A DNA stretch of 61,975 bases from Octopus bimaculoides (lineage: Eukaryota). A program made the position numbers and the translations under genes. The notes beneath the pieces are model-generated. The model saw nothing but the letters and a program-made list of their open reading frames with translations. It made no database searches and was not told where the DNA came from. This document shows positions 1 through 12,441 of the stretch, piece after piece. The stretch is from NCBI RefSeq assembly GCF_001194135.2, contig NC_068981.1:124884216-124946190 (forward strand), read 5' to 3'. Each line of letters starts with the position of its first letter. Position 1 is the stretch's first letter.

Positions 1-218
1 GTGATTGTTTCAGTTAGTGGAATAGTTTCATTTTTAAAGTGAAAGTATTTGACATGAGTGTTTTTGTTTCACTTTTGACACGTAATACTTAAATAGTGGA
101 GGAGATATGATGTTAAGAAGTTAAAAAATTTTTTTGACTAAAACACAACCGGAACCCTAAGTAAGACATGTGTAAAATTTGAATGAAATTGGTTGTGTAG
201 TTCTCGAGTTTTAGGGGA

Positions 219-252
<34 letters not shown>

Positions 253-277
253 ACATTCTCATTTTTATATATATAGA
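1..277 (-). mobile_element. Helitron 5' end (continues beyond the window)
   Basis: Minus strand reads A|TCTATATATATAAAAATGAGAATGTGTG, a TC start after A followed by a microsatellite. Close paralogue of 12152-12441. Confidence 0.7.
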
Positions 278-2298
278 TTAATAGCAGCACACATAGAAGC
301 AGAATTCATTCTACCTTGCCACTCAGTCACTAAAGAATGACAGAAGTGTACATGTATGTAGCCACGTTGCATGTTTGTTTTTGCAACATATGCACAAAAT
401 ATATGCATGTACACTTGCATATAGCTATGTATTTATGCATGTGTGAGCTTACACTGGCATGACTATAGAGTTAAGGAATTCATTTTCCAAGTGTAATTTG
501 GTCCAGTCCCACTACATGGCACATTAAGTAAGTGCCCTCTACTACAGCCTAAAGCTGACAAAATCCTCCTGTGTGGATTTGATAGGCAGAATCTGAAAGA
601 AGTCCATCATGAGTGTGTGTTTCTGCCTCCTTGTCTAGGTATCGAATTATATTAAATGAAAGCCAGTCATAAGCAGAGCCATTTGTTCCAAACATTCTGC
701 AAGAACAGGTCTGGTCATGTGGAAATATAATTTTGCATAGAAACAAGTACGGGTTAGCAAAAAAAAAAAGGCATCCAGTCGGAGAAAATCTACCGCAACT
801 AATCTTGTCTGATGTATAAAAAAGTGGGCATGGTGATATTTTATATATATGTGTGTGTATGTATGTTCACACACACACATGTAAACACAGGTGTATCGAA
901 AACCTGTATCTTCCATAGGGCAGTGTTTATGTTTGCTTGCATATGGAGATACAACTCATTCAGGTTTTGTGTGCATGCATCTATTTGCAAGTAAATATTT
1001 TATGTCATCATAAGGCCTTTTTTTTTTTTTAACATATTACTTTATCAATATTTACTGCATATCCTGGGTATTTAGTCATGGTGCATGTCTGACTAATGTA
1101 TCAGTAAAATATTCAGAGTAAATCTGTAGAAAACATGTTAAGTTATCAGACAAATTATCACAGAGCTACATTCATATACATGTATATATATGTGTGTGTG
1201 TGTGTGTGTATTCATATACATATGTAACAAAACAGGTTATTCATCCATAGTATATCAACACACATACATATACATAGGACATCAGAAATTTTTTTTTTTT
1301 TTTTATCAGAAATTTTTTTTTTAATTTTTTTTGCATCAAGTAATATTTTACCACAATAAAACCTTGTCCACTCATCAATGTCAATACTTCAGTGCTATTT
1401 TTTTCATCTAACAATTATTATTTTTTTCCCACTTGTCAGAAGAGAAGTGACATTGCCCCTGACTTGAGCTGGCCTGCTGACATTGGTGTTCAGCCTTAAC
1501 ACATCAATGTCTATAGGAAAAAATGTGAGTAAATTCCAGAGGTTTATAGTTGAATCGAGGAAGGAAGAGGGGGTCGACTTGTTGAAATGTTCAGTGCAGT
1601 GTCTGGGGGGAGATAGTGATACATAGGAAGAGAAGAAATGCATAGATTAGACAGGCTGGTGGAAAAGGTATGTAACTATTTAGTTCATAAGGTCATAGGC
1701 TATTACAGTTAATGATAAAAGAGACAAAGAGAGAAGAAAGGAATCTGTAACCTAGTGATTGAAATGTGTGAGTGAATCCTTGCAAAAACCTTGGGCAATC
1801 TAGGATGCTTATGTGTGAGCAGCCCTGTCTCAGATGTGGAATCCAATGTAGACCTTACCTGAACTTCCTAGCATTTCAGCAACTGATGAGTGCTAAGAAT
1901 TCCCTGGCTCTTAAGAGCAGGAGCTAGACAGGTCCCATATTCACTATCACCACTCTCTCCTTTTCTTTCTTTCTTTTTTCTTCTTTTTTTTTTTTAGGGA
2001 GTAGAGAGGTGTACCTCTATGTAAGATTTGAATGTTATTTTCCATGTGATTGCTGCTGTCATATGTCACTAAACATCCGTATGTATCATATTCCCATACC
2101 AGTACAAGTCAACTGCTTACTTTAAAGTCCAACTACCAAACTTAAACCCCAAATGATTTTTTTTTTTTTTTTTTTTTTTTTTGCTTATTATGTAGCATAA
2201 CACTACACATTCAACAGATCACACTGAACTCATTTCTCATTCCTCTCCAGCACCTGCACCACATTCATTTATTATAATCTGCATGCAATTTAAATATC

Positions 2299-3820
2299 TA
2301 TTGGGTTGGCAAGAAAGTAATTTCAAGGCAGCGAGCTGGCAGAAACGTTAGCACGCCGAGCGAAATGCTTAGCGGTATCTCATCTGCCATTACGTTTTGA
2401 GTTCAAGTTCCGCCAAGGTCAACTTTGCCTTTCATCCTTTCGAGGTCGATAAATTAAGTACCACTTATGCACTGGTGTCGATGTGATCGACTTAATCCCC
2501 TTGTTCGTCTCCTCTATGTTTAGCCCCTTGTGGGCAATAAAGAAATAAGAAAGTAATTTCAGTTTTTTATTGTGAAATAAAAATCTTTTTTTTTTTTTTT
2601 CCATACAAAGAGGAAACTTCAATCAATTATATATTTTTCATTTTGTTTGATGACCTTTTGCCACCGTTCTGGCAACTTTATGATTCCGTGCTCATAGCAC
2701 TTTTGGTCCTTATCAGCCAGAGACTGAAGCAAGTGCAATTTCAGGTCATCATATTATTGAAATCATTCAAAGAATTTAGCAAACTTCGAAATAAATGGTA
2801 ATTTGATGGTGCAAGGCAAGGGCTGCATGGTGGATGTGACAGCACTTCCCAACCAAGCTCCAGTAATTTTTCATGAGTTAGCAAAGATGTGTGTGGTCTA
2901 GCATTGTCATGGTAGAACACGATCCCTTTACGATTTGCCAATTCTGGCTGTTTATCTTTGATTGCTTCCCCCAGTTCCATTAGTTGTTGTCAGTAAACAT
3001 CTGAATTGATCGTTTGGTTCCTTTGAAGCAGCTCAAAATGCACAACACCTTTGTAATCCCACCAAATTGACAGCATGGCCTTTTCTTTTTTGAAGCAATC
3101 CAGCTTTCAATGTAGTTTGTGCTAGTTCATTACGCTTGGACCATGATTGTTTTCGATTGACATTATTGTAGACAATCGGTTTTTCATCATTAGTGATGAT
3201 TCATTTTAAAAAAAGGTTGATTTCATTGCATTTGAGATGCATATTGCAAATACTGATTCATTGTGTTCAGTGAATCTCTTTTAATTCATGTGGAACCCAA
3301 ATATTGAGCTTCGTAACGAGTCCAAGACATTTTAAGTGATTTTCAATGGTTGTATGTGACACATTTAACTTCTCCTCAATCTCTCGCATAGTTATATGAC
3401 AATCAAATTAAATTATGGCTTTCATTCAGTCATCATCAACATCAGTAGGTCAACCAGAACGTTGGTCATCTTTGAGCGAAAAATCTCCAGAACAGACTTT
3501 TTAAAACCATTTCTGACATATGCATTCTGTTAAGCAATCAACACCATAAACTTCACATATCTCTTTGTGAGCCTCAGCAGATTTCTTGCCTTTATGGAAA
3601 TAAAAAAGCAAAATATGGCTAAAATGTTCGTTTTTGCATTCCATGTTAAAACTGACACTGAACTAACAGCTGTAAACAAAATCACATGTAATCTGCTTCT
3701 AAAGTAAGCTAAAAGTAACGGCTATCAAATGTCAGCAGAAAATCATAACAGTGATAAAAGTCATTCAAAAAAATTGTAACTATTTGTGAAAAACGAAATT
3801 ACTTTCTTGCCAACTCAATA
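2299..3820 (-). mobile_element. Full-length degraded mariner transposon with a SINE in one TIR
   Basis: TIRs TATTGGGTTGGCAAGAAAGTAATTTC and GAAATTACTTTCTTGCCAACTCAATA with TA ends. Transposase relic includes HDNARPHTS and HPPCSPCLAPSNYHLF (2741-2980), with stops and frameshifts elsewhere. Confidence 0.9.
2326..2546 (+). mobile_element. tRNA-head SINE (family A)
   Basis: AGGCAGCGAGCTGGCAGAAACGTTAGC head, GAGTTCAAG B-box-like motif, and a 15-bp TSD AAGAAAGTAATTTCA. Confidence 0.85.
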
Positions 3821-4425
3821 TATATATATATATATATATATAGTGTAAACAGAGTTAGCGGTTATAATAACCAACTAAAGGATAAAATATCCGTATATAC
3901 TATCGGTATACATTACTCGTGTTATTCCAATAATAAGTCTGCTTGGTCAAAACCGATTCAAAGCTCAACAACAACAATAAATCTATCCAAGTGCTGAGAT
4001 AATATGAAACTTCTTACTTTAACTTCAGTCAAAATTTCAATACCCAGCCCTAATTATACTAATTATCATTTACATGTATTTTTCCATGTTTTCATTGGAT
4101 AATGTTCAAGTTTTATATTATTTATATACTTGAAATGTTAGAAATATAATCTTTGTCACATGATGCTCTACTTATAATAAACCTCTGAGATGAAGGAGAT
4201 GTATTGCTCTTACTAGACAAGCTGAAATATTTAGAATAAAGCACCTTGAATAAAAACAACAAAAAGAAATGAACTAATGATTTTGTGAGAAGCAATCAGC
4301 CTAACCTCACAACTACACACTAATTCAAAAGGTATTTGTATAATAACTTTAACTCTTGATTACCAATCTGTCCAACACTGCCCCTGATTTTGTGATGCAA
4401 ACTTCCTGTTTTAAAGTGATCTAAA

Positions 4426-4643
4426 TTAACCCTTTAGCATTTAATCCAGCCAAATTATTCCCCATGTTTTGTGTTCAATCTGGCCAGATCTGGCCTCTCC
4501 CATCTACCCTATAATGTCATTTTAAACATGAACAATCACATCATCAAAATCTCAAAGCAGCAACATTATGCTTGATTAATTCAGAACTATATGAGTTAAT
4601 AAGTATTACATTTGGCAGAATCATCTGAATACTAAAGGGTTAA
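4426..4643. mobile_element. piggyBac-type MITE (family A)
   Basis: TTAA-CCCTTTAGCA ... TACTAAAGGG-TTAA, about 215 bp. Confidence 0.8.
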
Positions 4644-4733
4644 AACTTTCCATTAAAATGACATGCTAAGTTCCAAACACTAAATTAATAATGACAAATT
4701 TATTTTACTAAATTCATTATTTTCAAAATTAAT

Positions 4734-4954
4734 TTAACCCTCTAGCATTCAAACTGGCCATATCTGGCCTATATATTCTACCAGTTTTATACTCAAACCA
4801 GCCAGATCTGGTCTCACACACTTACTCTACAATGTCCTTCTAAAAATATCCAATCTCATCATCAAAATTTTGAAGCTATCAGATAATATATAATTAATTC
4901 AAAGCAATGTGAATAAATACATTTGACAGAGTAATCTGAATGCTAAAGGGTTAA
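4734..4954. mobile_element. piggyBac-type MITE (family A)
   Basis: TTAA-CCCTCTAGCA ... TGCTAAAGGG-TTAA. Confidence 0.8.
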
Positions 4955-5970
4955 GCATATTTCAACAGAAATATAGTAACAAAAGAGTGGACTAACTATT
5001 CTTAGCTCCTACCAAAAAGTGACAAAGCTTTGAGAACCGTTCCTTTCATATTAAATTATCCAGAGAAAAATGGGCTACATGCTTTTATAGAGTGTTTAAG
5101 GTTTCAAAATCACAGATTGAAACATACCTTATAAGCAGAAATAAGCAAAACTGTGATAGGTTTCCACCTATCAAATGCTTACCAATCATTATAATTACAA
5201 TGGCAAAATTCTAATTGTTTAACAAAGCTTTACACAGGACTACATTACTTTTTGTAAATATAATCTGAAAGCTGCATGGCTTAGCTCATCTAATGACTAG
5301 AAATTTTAATTCAATTCCCAACTTCACAAGTGAATTATTAGAAACAGGATATGAACTCAGCTGTAAAAATAACCACTTACTAAAATAAATAACAACAATT
5401 AAAACAACAATGTCACTCAAAACTTACATTTGTAAGTAGCAAACACAAATTTACAGCTCCATAAAACTTCAGAGTTTTAACGCCATCTTTTAAATAGCTG
5501 ATAATGTCACGAACCTACCTTTGTAATTCTGATCGGGCATCACACAAGACACCATGAAATGTATTACAGCATATCAAGTTTGAAACTGTTTGCTTACTTC
5601 ACTCATCCACTTTGAGGCAAGTTCAAACTGACAAAATACACACTCATTTTCTTTTAAAATACTTTACTTAGTTTTGTCTAATATGTATGCCTCTATACAT
5701 GTAAAACACACATACAAGCAGACACAGTAAAGCACTGGTAGAAAATTAACTTGTTTTTATCTAAGCACAAGTTTAACAAATAGTAGGCGGCAACAGATGT
5801 TTTAACACTAAGATCATATATAAAACCCCTGGTCAGTTACAAAGCAAAAACATTTTGACAAAGTTTTAAATAACGACCAGCATTTTACCAAGAACTATAA
5901 ATCAGAAAAGCTATTTTATAACACTCTGATGTTTTCAATCAGCAAAATACATGTGAGTACACACACGCGT

Positions 5971-6011
<41 letters not shown>

Positions 6012-7415
6012 TATTAAATTGAAACTTATTTTAAAGCTACTGATGGGGGTAACTCAATATTGAGTGTAAAGTCAAATATGTTGTAAAACCCCAACAGAAA
6101 GAACTTAAATACTTATAGATGCAGGCATTACCTTACATGGAGACAGGTAAAGGTTTGACAACAAGAGCATCTAACTGTAGAAATTCCGCCTCAGTGCATC
6201 CCACCTGAGCCATCCAAGCACAGAAAAGATTATATTAACCCTAACGGCAGAAAACCTACCAAAACAAATTCCATCTGACCCATGCAAGTATAGAAAGGTA
6301 ATTAAAACGATAATGAAATGTGCACAGAACTACATTCACTTATCACAAAGAACAGCTCACTTTCCTCTCAGTAGCCCAACATTTGTTGCAATGGGCCAGA
6401 AACTGAACTATCCATAAAAATATCCTTCACTATCAAAGTGATTTCACAACAGTATGCTTTATTCCCCAGTTCCCTATCGCAAGTAATTTTATGTCCACAT
6501 GCACTATTACTAGATAGTTGCTGACCCTATGCCGAGTTCATCCATACTCTGGTTGGGGTTGTTTCAGTTTTGTTTTTTGTTTTTTGGAGGTGGGGCTGTT
6601 AAGTTTCTGGCAACCCTCCTCACAAAGCCAGTCTACTGAGGGTGGGTGCTAGCTAAGTTACAAATAACACAACCATGTAACAGGTTATACTGGATTGCAC
6701 GATACTAGTAGCATTCAAAAGTGATCCGATATATCCATAGCCTTCACTCTGGGCACGAACAGATACACACACACACATTTTTTTTCTTTCTTTCTCTCTC
6801 TCTCCACACACACACAAATACACTAGTTACTGTGTATCTTGGAAAACAGCCTACATTTTTAAGGTACATATACTTCAGAAATACCTATCTTGAAATAAAA
6901 ATCCAATTACAAATCAATATTTATATTTGTAGTTCAATACTCGAAATGAGGAGTAGATAGACAACCGACAACTGATGAAGGGTCGTTCTTTATGTTACTT
7001 GTCCTATTTTCTATTTGTTTCTCTCGTTGTTTGCGTATTGAACTCATTTGTTTTCGTATTTCATGTTGTTTACTATTAGTGGCGTCCTGTACCCATATAT
7101 GCATATATATATATGTGCATATATATATATACATCCTGGTTTACATAAATATGCTTTGTGTATTTTAACTAGATTTCTATACAGAAAGCTGTAGGCTACT
7201 GATGGAAAAATACCACATTTAGAATCAATAGCTAATTTATTCTCCATGGTGATATTACAAGCAACATTAGGTGGAGAGAGAAAGGAAAAGGGAAAAAACA
7301 ATTGTAAATTACAAAGCTTCAAACAACAACTAATGGAAACAAATCAAGTAATGGCTTCAAAAATATCCTTTCTTTTATTAGTTTCAGTCATTCAACTTAA
7401 TCTAGAGTACACTGT

Positions 7416-7665
7416 TTAAGACTTTAGCATTTAAACCAGCTGTATCCAGCCTAAATATTCTAGTTGTCTTATGCTTAAATTGGTCAGATCTGGCTTCTCA
7501 GATCTTAAATTGGTCAGATCTGGCATTCTACCCTACAATGTCGTTCTAAAAGTAAACAATCACATCACTGAAAGTTCGAAGCTACAAGACAATGCAGGAT
7601 TAATTCAAAATAAGGTGGATAAATAAGCATTACATATGACAGTAAGCCAAGTACTAACGGGTTAA
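7416..7665. mobile_element. piggyBac-type MITE (family A)
   Basis: Same internal sequence with degenerate termini and a small internal duplication. Confidence 0.7.
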
Positions 7666-10006
7666 GATTTTAAGCACAGCCTTCAACTCAGTATTTTTTC
7701 TTTTTATTTGGTACTTATTTAATCATTCTTATATGCCAAAGAGCTAAAGTTATAGGACACAAAGGACCACAACATAAATAATGCCAGTTTCAACATAAAC
7801 ATACACACATACACAAACATGTATGAAAGGCTTCCACAGTTTCTGTGTACCAAATTCCACCTAGAAGACAGTGACTGGATCAATCCTAAGTTACAATAAA
7901 AGATGCTTGTCTAATGCACCATGCAATGAAATTGAACTCAGAACTATGCAGCTGTCAAGAGCTTTTTAACTGTTTTGCTTGCACCTAACATGTCATATAA
8001 AACCAACTCAAAATAGCAGATACACTATTAATATTGGCTATTTGTTTACACAGTGTAGTGTATCTGAGATGCTACACACATGATAATTTAATAGTTAAGT
8101 AGATGATAGCATATTTAATCCTTTAATCATTAAAACACCAAATATCAGACACTATTTGCAGATGGCATCTCAGAATAATATGACTTCCCAAATTCTCTTT
8201 GACTACACCCACTAACACACACACACACACTATATATATATATATATATATATNNNNNNNNNNNNNNNNNNNNNNNNNNNNNNNNNNNNNNNNNNNNNNN
8301 NNNNNNNNNNNNNNNNNNNNNNNNNNNNNNNNNNNNNNNNNNNNNNNNNNNNNNNNNNNNNNNNNNNNNNNNNNNNNNNNNNNNNNNNNNNNNNNNNNNN
8401 NNNNNNNNNNNNNNNNNNNNNNNNNNNNNNNNNNNNNNNNNNNNNNNNNNNNNNNNNNNNNNNNNNNNNNNNNNNNNNNNNNNNNNNNNNNNNNNNNNNN
8501 NNNNNNNNNNNNNNNNNNNNNNNNNNNNNNNNNNNNNNNNNNNNNNNNNNNNNNNNNNNNNNNNNNNNNNNNNNNNNNNNNNNNNNNNNNNNNNNNNNNN
8601 NNNNNNNNNNNNNNNNNNNNNNNNNNNNNNNNNNNNNNNNNNNNNNNNNNNNNNNNNNNNNNNNNNNNNNACACACACACACACACACACACATTGATAG
8701 TATCCAGGGAAATTTCACAGTGATTTTGAAAATTATAAGATTGGAAGGTTACACAAATCCTTCTAATGCATTAATTCCCTTGAATTTTTTTTTCTTACAA
8801 GTTCACATAAATAATAATAAAGGTGCAGTTTTGGAAATAAACATCTTTGAAAATTATATTCTTGGTTATACTTCGTCTAACTTGCAAGGTATTAGTTTTA
8901 TCTTTATGCAAAGAATGAAACAATATTAACTATAGAACAAACTAGAAGACATTATATGAAATATTATCCTGCTAAGGTTCAACTATATTGGTACAAAAAA
9001 GTACTTATAGCAGGACTTGAACACACACTCGTAATACAGAAAGCTGACCCAACTGAGTTGTAGGTTATAAATATATAAAAGTAAATGGATTTCAATCAGT
9101 TTCAAAGAAAAATATTTAGCTGTTCCTTCAAATGAACTACTTGATTGTTGAGTTAGCATGTAAATGGCAGTGTATCCGAAACATATGCATCCTAACCATA
9201 AACCTCAGCAAGAATCAGAACAACACTGTGCTGTGACAAAGCTAGACCTTTAAATTACATGTACAATCCATTTGACAGGTTTCTACAGCTTCCATATGCC
9301 ATATGCCCAACTTCATTCACAAGGACTGAGTCAACCTAAGATTATGATAAAAGATATTTGCCCAAGATGTCAAGTATCTTGGGCAAATATCATTTAACCC
9401 AGTACTTTATGATTGCAAAACTAATTTCTCAAACAGTCATGTTGTACCTATAAAATAATATTTAAGCTAAAACTGCTTTTGTTGCACTTAATGGATTTTT
9501 ATTCAACCAGCTGGCGAATTACATCAGCGATTTTTTCATGCTTAACTTTATTGCTAATAGTTTGGGTAAAGAATTCTAACAGAACAAAACATGTCTACAA
9601 TGCTGAGGACCACTTTGAAGGGTTTAGTCGAACAAACTGACCTAGGTACTTAAGTCTAGTATTTATTCTATCATCTCTTTTGCCAAGGTGCCACACAATG
9701 GGACTGGCCCCAAAACTACATGGTTGCAAAGTGGAAAAATTAAAGGGACTATGTAACAAGAATAATGTAGTTCTCAATACATTATACTTAAAGTTTAGTT
9801 GAGATGGTCATAGTTTAAGTTGCCCTTAGATGTAGGTCTGCTTTATCAGGACTAACATGAAGCTTAGCTTAACATTTTTCTTTTGCTAATTTCTATGTTT
9901 TGTCTTTCAGTTATTTAGAAGAGATTGTTAATAAATCTATCAAAGGATACAACAAAGAAGACAAGATGAGAGAGACTGGAAGAAAGGAGAGAAAATGGTA
10001 ATTAAT

Positions 10007-10879
10007 TTGAGGTCTGATCAAAAAGTATTGGAACTGGTGTTATAAAAAAAAGTACAACACGTATCAGTTTGGCATTTAATCTTCTCCAAAGTAATCCCCT
10101 TGTTAAACCAACCACTTGATAGAAGCATTTCTGGAACTCCTTTTTTGAGATAGCAAGCAGCTGCCTCATTGCATTGACTTGGATTTCCTCAATGTCTAAA
10201 AATCTTGTTCTTTTCAAGTGGAATTTGATTTTTGGAAAGAGAAAAAAGTCACAAAGGGTGAGAACTGGAGAATATGGTGGTTGTAAGACCTGGGGAATAT
10301 TGCGCATGGCCAAAAACTGCTGCAATTAAAAGCAGTTTGGGCACAAACTTGGCAGATGCACATCACATATGCAGATCTTCAGTGAGAACAGACTGAACTG
10401 AACAGTAATTAATGTTCCCATCTGATGACAACTCACACACAGTGATTGAATGGTCTTTCCCAACAGCTGCACGTACATCTGCAATGTTTTCATCCGTCCT
10501 GCTCATTGCTGGTCTTCCATGTGCCTCACTTTTGACATTTTGTCAACCACCTTGGAAACATTTGAACCATTCATACACTCATGTCCTGCTCATGCATTCT
10601 TCATCATACACCTTTTGCAACTTTGCGAAGGTCTCTGCACAGGTATCACCAAGCTTTTAGCAAAATTTGATGCAGGTTCTTGGCTCAATATTCTCAGTAA
10701 CATGACCACACTATATACACTACTACCAAGCACTGCTATAAACAACAGAAGTGAGCAAGAACATTATAACTTAGTGTGCATGTGCAACCGAGTTCAAGAT
10801 CTGCCCCAAGCAGCTTCACTCTGCATACTTTAGCTTCGTTACCATAGCAACAGTTCTGGTACTTTTTGATCAGACGCCA
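10007..10879 (-). mobile_element. Internally deleted mariner
   Basis: TIRs GAGGTCTGATCAAAAAGTA and TACTTTTTGATCAGACG. ORF 10002-10325 contains QPPYSPVLTLCDFFLFPKIK (YSPDLAPxD motif). Confidence 0.85.
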
Positions 10880-10915
10880 CATTTATTAAATTAGGTTCAT
10901 ATATTTTATTTAATA

Positions 10916-12441
10916 CTAGCAGAAATACCCGGCGTTGCCCGGGTTAAAGAGAATAATGAAATCTAAAAACGCCGTCTAGACTACGCATCATCTTTATATA
11001 GAGAGATGTATATACACACACGCACCCAAACACACGTATATATATGTATATCAATATAAATATATGAAAGTCAATGAAGTTTCATAAAAGAAGGTGATCA
11101 TGTACATACTTTCTTGCTGTTGTGATTATAACACCTTGTAAACAATGTTCCTTGTTTTCCCTTGTGGAGCATATACAAATAGGTTTTTTTTGCAGCCCAC
11201 TCTTGAGCAGCCAACATACAGTTGTCCATGTGAGAAGCAGGGCTNNNNNNNNNNNNNNNNNNNNNNNNNNNNNNNNNNNNNNNNNNNNNNNNNNNNNNNN
11301 NNNNNNNNNNNNNNNNNNNNNNNNNNNNNNNNNNNNNNNNNNNNNNNNNNNNNNNNNNNNNNNNNNNNNNNNNNNNNNNNNNNNNNNNNNNNNNNNNNNN
11401 NNNNNNNNNNNNNNNNNNNNNNNNNNNNNNNNNNNNNNNNNNNNNNNNNNNNNNNNNNNNNNNNNNNNNNNNNNNNNNNNNNNNNNNNNNNNNNNNNNNN
11501 NNNNNNNNNNNNNNNNNNNNNNNNNNNNNNNNNNNNNNNNNNNNNNNNNNNNNNNNNNNNNNNNNNNNNNNNNNNNNNNNNNNNNNNNNNNNNNNNNNNN
11601 NNNNNNNNNNNNNNNNNNNNNNNNNNNNNNNNNNNNNNNNNNNNNNNNNNNNNNNNNNNNNNNNNNNNNNNNNNNNNNNNNNNNNNNNNNNNNNNNNNNN
11701 NNNNNNNNNNNNNNNNNNNNNNNNNNNNNNNNNNNNNNNNNNNNNNNNNNNNNNNNNNNNNNNNNNNNNNNNNNNNNNNNNNNNNNNNNNNNNNNNNNNN
11801 NNNNNNNNNNNNNNNNNNNNNNNNNNNNNNNNNNNNNNNNNNNNNNNNNNNNNNNNNNNNNNNNNNNNNNNNNNNNNNNNNNNNNNNNNNNNNNNNNNNN
11901 NNNNNNNNNNNNNNNNNNNNNNNNNNNNNNNNNNNNNNNNNNNNNNNNNNNNNNNNNNNNNNNNNNNNNNNNNNNNNNNNNNNNNNNNNNNNNNNNNNNN
12001 NNNNNNNNNNNNNNNNNNNNNNNNNNNNNNNNNNNNNNNNNNNNNNNNNNNNNNNNNNNNNNNNNNNNNNNNNNNNNNNNNNNNNNNNNNNNNNNNNNNN
12101 NNNNNNNNNNNNNNNNNNNNNNNNNNNNNATCTGTCATTACAGTATCGAAATGTGATTGTTTCAGTTAGTGGAATAGTTTCATTTTTAAAGTGAAAGTAT
12201 TTGACATGAGTGTTTTTGTTTCACTTTTGACACGTAATACTTAAATAGTGGAGTAGATATTGTTGCCGTGTGCTCGAACTCTGCAAGAAGTTAAAAATTT
12301 GTTTTGACTAAAACACAACTGGAACCCTAAGTAAGGCATGTGTAAAATTTGAATGAAATTGGTTGCGAAGTTCTCGAGTTTTAGGGATTCACACAGACAG
12401 ACAGACAGACAGACACACATTCTCATTTTTATATATATAGA
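10916..12441 (-). mobile_element. Internally deleted Helitron spanning an assembly gap
   Basis: 5' A|TC end at 12441. The 3' end has the GC hairpin CCCGGGCAACGCCGGG 8 nt before CTAG|T (10916). A RepHel C-terminal fragment lies inside. Continuity across the gap 11245-12129 is inferred. Confidence 0.7.
11126..11242 (-). pseudogene. Helitron RepHel (Pif1-like helicase) C-terminal fragment
   Basis: Frame not in the ORF track: PCFSHGQLYVGCSRVGCKKNLFVYAPQGKTRNIVYKVL*. It matches the FSHGQLYVAxSRV...KTxNIVY motif that ends Helitron helicases. Confidence 0.88.

Noticed and set aside
6520-6560. Minus-strand SMDEL resembling the kinase TSMDELL motif
   Set aside because: Flanks do not match (NNPNQSMDELGIGSATI*), and there is no donor.
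6934-7134. CpG-bearing ORF DATNSKQHEIRK...
   Set aside because: The acceptor lacks a pyrimidine tract, the ORF begins in a microsatellite, and the segment resembles a dispersed repeat. Its CGAAA/CTGATGA words do not fold into a hammerhead by eye.
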